From Bdellovibrionales bacterium (lineage in GTDB: Bacteria; Bdellovibrionota; Bdellovibrionia; Bdellovibrionales; JAMPXM01), in assembly GCA_043739185.1 (NCBI GenBank), contig JAYUEN010000371.1, forward strand, positions 1 to 11,981: DNA of 11,981 nt, in the 5' to 3' direction. The notes under the pieces are model-generated. The model did no database searches. It saw only the letters and a program-made list of their open reading frames with translations, and was not told the DNA's origin. Positions within the stretch are counted from its first letter, which is position 1. Every line of letters begins with the position of its first letter. Below are positions 7,448-11,981 of this stretch, in pieces. A program made the position numbers and the translations under genes.

Positions 7448-8481
7448 ATCCACTAATTGAAAACCCTTTTACGTGGATTTATTTTCCAACCGCCTTAGCT
7501 CTTGGAGCTCTTCATGCCCTAGAACCCGGGCACGCCAAAGCGCTAACAGCGGCCTATTTGATCGGTATAAAAGGAACTAAGAAGGACGCGTTTCTCTTAG
7601 GTGTTTCGGTCGCGTTCACACACAGTGTAGTCGTTGTTGGTATTTCTGTTTTGGCCCTCTGGTTGGGCAGAGAAACTTTCACTCAAGACGCTACTCATTG
7701 GCTACAGATAGGAAGCGGCATAGTTGTCATACTTCTTGGCTCGTGGATGCTCTTTCGCAGAGTTCGTCAAATGAAGGTGTCCCACCACCATCATGGCGCA
7801 CCCGATCCCGTTCATATCAAAAACTCTCTGACAACAGGCTCACTTGAAATTGTGCAAACTCCAAACGGCGAACGAATGAAGTATTCCGCCGAAACCTCGT
7901 CTGACCAGTTGAAGTTTCGAGTTGTGATTACTCGCTCCGAGAGCTTAGAGGTTTTAGAGCTTGAAAGAATTTCGAATTCAAATGAATTTTTGAGTAGGCA
8001 TGCCCCCAATGAGCCACACGAGTTTTCTGCTGAGTTTGAAATTAGCTCAGGAGAAACTCGCGAAGTTATAGCATTTGAAATGCGAGAGCCGCACGATCTC
8101 GACCACAGTCCAATGAGTGATGACGAGCACAGCAAGGCACATGCGGCTGCCATTCCTGAATATGTCAAAAAAGGAGAGAGACCGCGTCTCGGTCAAATTA
8201 TAGCATTCGGTGCTGCTGGCGGTATGATTCCATGTCCGGCGTCAATTACAGTCATGTTGCTGGCTTTGTCGATTGGACAATTCTCTTCGGGACTTCTCGC
8301 CGTCGCCGGATTTAGCATTGGGCTTGCAGTAACCTTGGTAGGAATTGGCCTCATCGTGGTCGCTGGCTTAGGACGCTTACAAAAGCTAGGAAAGTTTCAC
8401 TGGATGTCGGCTAATGCTCCAATCTTAAGTGCTGCTGTCGTGATACTTTCAGGTATTGCTGCATTGGCTTTTGCACATTAA
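7444..8481 (+). CDS. rcnA: RcnA-type nickel/cobalt efflux permease (NiCoT-related), about 345 aa
   Basis: Motifs are GALHALEPGHAK, THSVVV, a HHHH loop, DEHSKAHA, GGMIPCPAS and FSIGLAVTLV. ATG 7444 overlaps the rcnR TGA (ATGA coupling). Confidence 0.93.
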   Translation: MNPLIENPFTWIYFPTALALGALHALEPGHAKALTAAYLIGIKGTKKDAFLLGVSVAFTHSVVVVGISVLALWLGRETFTQDATHWLQIGSGIVVILLGSWMLFRRVRQMKVSHHHHGAPDPVHIKNSLTTGSLEIVQTPNGERMKYSAETSSDQLKFRVVITRSESLEVLELERISNSNEFLSRHAPNEPHEFSAEFEISSGETREVIAFEMREPHDLDHSPMSDDEHSKAHAAAIPEYVKKGERPRLGQIIAFGAAGGMIPCPASITVMLLALSIGQFSSGLLAVAGFSIGLAVTLVGIGLIVVAGLGRLQKLGKFHWMSANAPILSAAVVILSGIAALAFAH

Positions 8482-8530
8482 ATCCGTGACCGCTCAAAAT
8501 GGTAAGTTGCCCTTATTCAAAATGTGGAGT

Positions 8531-8560
8531 TACCGCCAAGACACACAAGTCTTGGCGGTA
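8531..8560. terminator. Perfect 12-bp stem-loop downstream of rcnA (terminator-like or REP-like hairpin)
   Basis: TACCGCCAAGAC-ACACAA-GTCTTGGCGGTA lies about 50 nt after the rcnA stop. There is no adjacent U-tract on either strand, so a terminator role is uncertain. Confidence 0.45.
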
Positions 8561-8711
8561 TCGTAGCTATTTCGCTTTGTGCTTTGTAGGCAATAGCATT
8601 GCCTTCGGCCAGCTTGAAGCCTTCGCGTCTTGTATGAACTGAAACTTAGCTTTACGGGCGTAGGCAATCATCTGCATGAATGGCCGGAGCTGTATAAACT
8701 GGAGGTATAGC

Positions 8712-8760
8712 AAATGGCATTAATTCTAGACGGTAATACCATTTGGAGATAAGAGATTGT
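8712..8760 (+). repeat. 49-bp degenerate direct repeat, copy A
   Basis: AAATGGCATTAATTCTAGACGGTAATACCATTTGGAGATAAGAGATTGT aligns without gaps to 9549-9597 at 39/49 positions (counted by hand). Confidence 0.85.
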
Positions 8761-8789
8761 GATGGAAAATTATTTACAAAGGGGCTACG

Positions 8790-9467
8790 GTGGAACGCAA
8801 TAATTCTAATGCCCACGTGAACGAAGTTTCAAAATTACTCTCCACAATGAAAACTCCTGGAGAGAACAAGAAAGAATGGATTAACATTCATGATCTCATA
8901 ATTGGTTCGGGTTATGCTCTTTTGGGAATGGTTGAAAGTGACTATATCAAAAGGGATACGAAGATGAACTACCTGGAACGTGCGCTAGCAGTTAAAGATC
9001 AGATTGTGGCCAACAAAGATTTCAGAACAGTGGATATGTTGAAAGATAAAACTTTAAAGACCTGGTTATCTGGTCACTATTTATCAAATGCTCTCCATCG
9101 AATTTCTTGGTTAGAAGAGAGAATGTTTGATCAAATTATCACTGATTTTTGTAAAGAGAAAGAAAAGCCGCGGTCAATTTACGGAGACAAAAGGTTTTCG
9201 AAATGCAAATGTCCTACTTTACAAAAGAAAGTGTCAGAACTTTATAAGGGAAAGATTTTTATCAAAACATTTCCTGACGATGGCACTAGTAAAATGGAGG
9301 ATTACAGCAAGACAGCCATCATTCGGAATTTAGTAAATAAGCAAAAACACACTGTAAAGAGCTTTGAATTAACTATTAAACTTATGGGCTCCTCTCTAGA
9401 TGAACACATGCAAACACTCATTGATGGATTGGCTGAGGTAGTTTCGGTCTATAACCATTTTAACTGA
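8790..9467 (+). CDS. Hypothetical protein, HEPN-like all-alpha domain (putative RNase/toxin), 225 aa
   Basis: GTG start with AAAGGGG upstream. The protein is predicted helical, with WLSGHYLSNALHRI and a C-terminal RNLVNKQKH (R…N..KH) motif reminiscent of HEPN active sites, although the spacing is longer than the canonical Rx4-6H. Confidence 0.7.
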   Translation: MERNNSNAHVNEVSKLLSTMKTPGENKKEWINIHDLIIGSGYALLGMVESDYIKRDTKMNYLERALAVKDQIVANKDFRTVDMLKDKTLKTWLSGHYLSNALHRISWLEERMFDQIITDFCKEKEKPRSIYGDKRFSKCKCPTLQKKVSELYKGKIFIKTFPDDGTSKMEDYSKTAIIRNLVNKQKHTVKSFELTIKLMGSSLDEHMQTLIDGLAEVVSVYNHFN

Positions 9468-9522
9468 GTTTTTTGAGTGGATTTCCCAGAAGACTAGGAT
9501 TGAGGAGGTAAACCCATGCTTG

Positions 9523-9533
9523 CCCCCCCCCCC
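9523..9533. repeat. Poly-C homopolymer (C11)
   Basis: Eleven consecutive C in an otherwise AT-rich intergenic region. Confidence 0.9.
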
Positions 9534-9548
9534 TCAGCCAACCATTGT

Positions 9549-9597
9549 AAATGGTTTTAACTCTAGACCGTTATGGCATTCGGGGATAAAAGATTGT
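9549..9597 (+). repeat. 49-bp degenerate direct repeat, copy B
   Basis: AAATGGTTTTAACTCTAGACCGTTATGGCATTCGGGGATAAAAGATTGT is 39/49 identical to copy A, which lies 837 bp upstream. Confidence 0.85.
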
Positions 9598-9671
9598 AGT
9601 TGATATTTTGTTTATTCATCTACCATCTTTCAAACGATGCAACCTGAGCTGATAAAGAAAGGTATAAAAAA

Positions 9672-10403
9672 ATGGCAAAGCCCCAAAATGCTGAATATTC
9701 AATTAAATTTCTTCAGGAGATTTATGATGCGATTGAGGCAGATATAGCTGATGAGGAAATTTCATTTGGAGGCAACGGCAGGCTGACATATTGTCTTCAT
9801 TCCAGAGCCTGCGAAATTTTTGTTTCAATAATTACGCTTTTAGAGGCAGAACTCAGCACTACCGCAACAATGCTTCTTCGTCCGTTGTGCGAAACCTTTG
9901 CTCTCTTGAGAGCATCAATTCAAGATCAAGAGTTTTCCATCAGATATCTCAAAAAAGCGCTAAACGAAAAGAAGGACTGGGTTGAAAAAGCACTAAAGAA
10001 TGACTTGGAGAAGCTAGGTATAGAGAAACACGATCTTTTGAGTTTGCAACAGAAAATAGAGGACGAGTTCAAAGAGCTAACTCAAAACCTGCAGTCAGCA
10101 AAACAACTCATGGAAAAATCCGAACCGCTGATTTACTTCCATATATATTCTCCTGCCAGTCTATATTTGCATTCAAACGCACATTCAATGTCGATGTATT
10201 TCGACGAAAATAACTCTATAATTCCTACTGAACAGCGAGATGATTCAGGACATTACAGACAGGTTACCTTGTCTGCAGCGAAAGTATTCATCAAAATATA
10301 TGACCAGATATGCGATAAGCAAAATCGGCAGATCAGATTGACCGAAAGTTTAAATTCAAAATTAGAAGCACTTGCAGATTATATAAAACTGCCCGAGTAC
10401 TAG
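9672..10403 (+). CDS. DUF5677-like hypothetical protein (HEPN-related helical fold), 243 aa
   Basis: It shows the pattern S-I-x-x-L-L…A-x-x-L-L-R-x-L-x-E (SIITLL…ATMLLRPLCE) and a C-terminal Y-x-x-x-S-x-Y-x-H-x-N (YSPASLYLHSN), which I associate with DUF5677. An AAAGG RBS is present. Confidence 0.72.
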   Translation: MAKPQNAEYSIKFLQEIYDAIEADIADEEISFGGNGRLTYCLHSRACEIFVSIITLLEAELSTTATMLLRPLCETFALLRASIQDQEFSIRYLKKALNEKKDWVEKALKNDLEKLGIEKHDLLSLQQKIEDEFKELTQNLQSAKQLMEKSEPLIYFHIYSPASLYLHSNAHSMSMYFDENNSIIPTEQRDDSGHYRQVTLSAAKVFIKIYDQICDKQNRQIRLTESLNSKLEALADYIKLPEY

Positions 10404-10443
10404 ATCCACAAATGTAACAATAGTGTAGACTTTAGGGGGAAAT

Positions 10444-10986
10444 ATGGGGGCTGAGCTACAAAATTCCAAGGACAGATTTTCGATTAAACGTGAAAAGCGA
10501 AACTTTCCCACGCTCGTACGAGCAGCATATTGCCTCGCTCAGGAAATAACGGCATTGCGGTTGACGGCGGAAGCAGCATCTCAGTTGATAATACTAGCTC
10601 CTGAAACTCATTATATTTTTAAGAATTCGTTAGCTCTTTCATTTGCAATACATTTTAGAAATGTTTTTGATTTTCTCTATTCTGGGCGTGAACATTCACC
10701 TAAAAAGAATGACATAGTGGCGGAAGATTTTTTCGAAAACCCAACTCAATGGCATTCGATAATGCCAAATAATGGTGTTCTGAAGCCGTACCGAATTAAA
10801 TTAAATAAACAGATGGCACATCTGACGCATGAAAGAATCGGCAGGACTGCTAACGAGAGATTCTGGGATGTTTCCAAAATTATAGCTGAGTTAAAGCCAG
10901 CACTCCATAAATTTACATCCAATGTTGATCCCAAAATAAGTAAAGAAGTTTATGTAGAAATAAATAATCCGAGATGGCAACTGTGA
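10444..10986 (+). CDS. HEPN-like (AbiU2-like) hypothetical protein, 180 aa
   Basis: Motifs SFAIHFRNVFDFL, DIVAEDF and YRIKLNKQMAHLTHER (the NKxxAH HEPN-type motif). An AGGGGGA RBS is present. Confidence 0.68.
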   Translation: MGAELQNSKDRFSIKREKRNFPTLVRAAYCLAQEITALRLTAEAASQLIILAPETHYIFKNSLALSFAIHFRNVFDFLYSGREHSPKKNDIVAEDFFENPTQWHSIMPNNGVLKPYRIKLNKQMAHLTHERIGRTANERFWDVSKIIAELKPALHKFTSNVDPKISKEVYVEINNPRWQL

Positions 10987-11009
10987 TCGACCCAACAACC
11001 TAAATAAAT

Positions 11010-11774
11010 ATGAGTAATATCAAAATGCTTTATAAGTGTATCCCTTTTTCAAAAAACTACTGGTCTTACATTGTCAAAGAACAAAAAATTCGATTTGCTA
11101 CAGTTCCAGAACTATTGAATGGTAATGACAAAGAAGAGTTTGATCACAGATGGGATTCGAAATCACAATTTTTTAAAAAATATTCTGGGCATTTAAGCCT
11201 TCACTACGATTCCCTATTTTCAAAGGCGGTCATACTCAGCTTGGGAAAAAGTCCGAACGAACGATGCTGGCGAGAATATTGTGGTGATGGAGGGGTCAGA
11301 TATGAATTTGAATATGATGACTCGCACTCTAAAATTTCAGAAGTCACTTGTGGCGATGTGATCTATGACAATAATAAGACATTTAATCTGCCTGCTTTTT
11401 TGATCAGTCGAGAGCCTTGCGATAGCATTAAGCGACTACTTCAGATGGAGAATGGCCTTTCTTGGAACAATTGGGCTCATCTTTGGCTATGGTTGCAAAG
11501 GGGAACGCCAAACCGAAACAGTCTCGAACACATTAAAGATGAGCTAGTATTTAAGAAAATAAAATCGTTTATCTATGAAGATGAGTATAGATTTATCCAT
11601 CTCATAGAACAGATTGGCCCCAACGCCTTAAAATTGGTGCTCGAAAATCAGAAAGTTTTATATGAAAAAATCGGTTTAAAGCTCGTGCGTATAAGCACCT
11701 CTGATATCGAGACAGTAAAAAGAGAAATACCATGCTGTGGGGTCGATATATGCGAGGTATATTTTGAAAATTAG
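11010..11774 (+). CDS. Divergent DUF2971-like protein (putative ADP-ribosyltransferase-like fold), 254 aa
   Basis: The ordered motifs LYK, IRFAT…NDKEE, ILSLG, CWREY…GGVRYEF, VIY and FKK…FIYEDEYRF match the DUF2971 pattern LYKY…NDPFE…CFS…MWxxY…GxCxxF…VxY…K…WxYExExR in degenerate form. Confidence 0.68.
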   Translation: MSNIKMLYKCIPFSKNYWSYIVKEQKIRFATVPELLNGNDKEEFDHRWDSKSQFFKKYSGHLSLHYDSLFSKAVILSLGKSPNERCWREYCGDGGVRYEFEYDDSHSKISEVTCGDVIYDNNKTFNLPAFLISREPCDSIKRLLQMENGLSWNNWAHLWLWLQRGTPNRNSLEHIKDELVFKKIKSFIYEDEYRFIHLIEQIGPNALKLVLENQKVLYEKIGLKLVRISTSDIETVKREIPCCGVDICEVYFEN

Positions 11775-11936
11775 TTACAACTTTGCTTCAAATCCCTTCG
11801 AAAGGTCCAACTTTCCTAAACTACATAATTTGGTAAATACTTGGAAGTTTATTGAGTTCCATGAATTTCTCCTTTGGTTATGTAAGCTCGTCAAAACTAC
11901 TTCATCGTCATCAATGATTAGAACCCTTGCGCGCAT
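11775..11936 (-). pseudogene. Truncated response-regulator receiver-domain remnant (53-codon ORF not in the ORF track)
   Basis: A GGAGG RBS precedes MRARVLIIDDDEVVLTSL, which matches receiver beta1-DD-alpha1. The remaining sequence (HNQRRNSWNSINF…EAKL*) has no recognisable phospho-acceptor Asp strand or KP motif. Confidence 0.65.
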
Positions 11937-11981
11937 CACCCCTCCACTTAAACTCGACTTTGTTTAGGCAATTGAAGTGCC

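Noticed and set aside
10409..10443. Possible third degenerate copy of the 49-bp repeat (CAAATG-N9-TGTAGAC…GGGGGAAA)
   Set aside because: The alignment needs gaps and has few matches, and the G-run is explained by the RBS. It cannot be distinguished from chance without a profile search.
8482..11010. Integron attC array, Xer/dif modules or CRISPR array as the explanation for the accessory genes
   Set aside because: There are no RYYYAAC…GTTRRRY hairpins after the genes, no 11-6-11 XerC/XerD match, and only two repeat copies 837 bp apart. No integrase or cas gene is present.
4477..11967. ORF-track entries 4477..4683, 7238..7453, 7812..8168, 9127..9333, 9791..9985, 10746..10934 and 11737..11967
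   Set aside because: They overlap better-supported genes or the receiver remnant on another frame or strand, and none has a convincing RBS or motif.

Overview
Bacterial (Gram-negative, diderm) DNA with two halves. Left and centre (461-8481) is a divergent heavy-metal resistance locus. On the minus strand run a secreted hypothetical protein, a TolC/CzcC-type outer membrane factor, an unusually short periplasmic adaptor and a CzcA/CusA-family HME-RND pump. On the plus strand is an rcnR-rcnA Ni/Co sensor-exporter pair, with CsoR/RcnR-type operator-like sites and a clear sigma70 promoter in the intergenic region. The right half (8790-11774) looks more AT-rich by eye. It holds four co-oriented, mutually dissimilar genes: three with HEPN-like signatures (one DUF5677-like, one AbiU2-like) and one divergent DUF2971-like protein with an ExE motif, which together suggest an undescribed defence/toxin cassette cluster. 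The first of these genes is bracketed by two copies of a 49-bp gap-free degenerate direct repeat (39/49 identical). Each copy encodes a 12-aa ORF in the same register, and the first copy also has near-perfect dyad symmetry. The window ends in a truncated response-regulator remnant. All family assignments come from motif recognition by eye; no searches were run.
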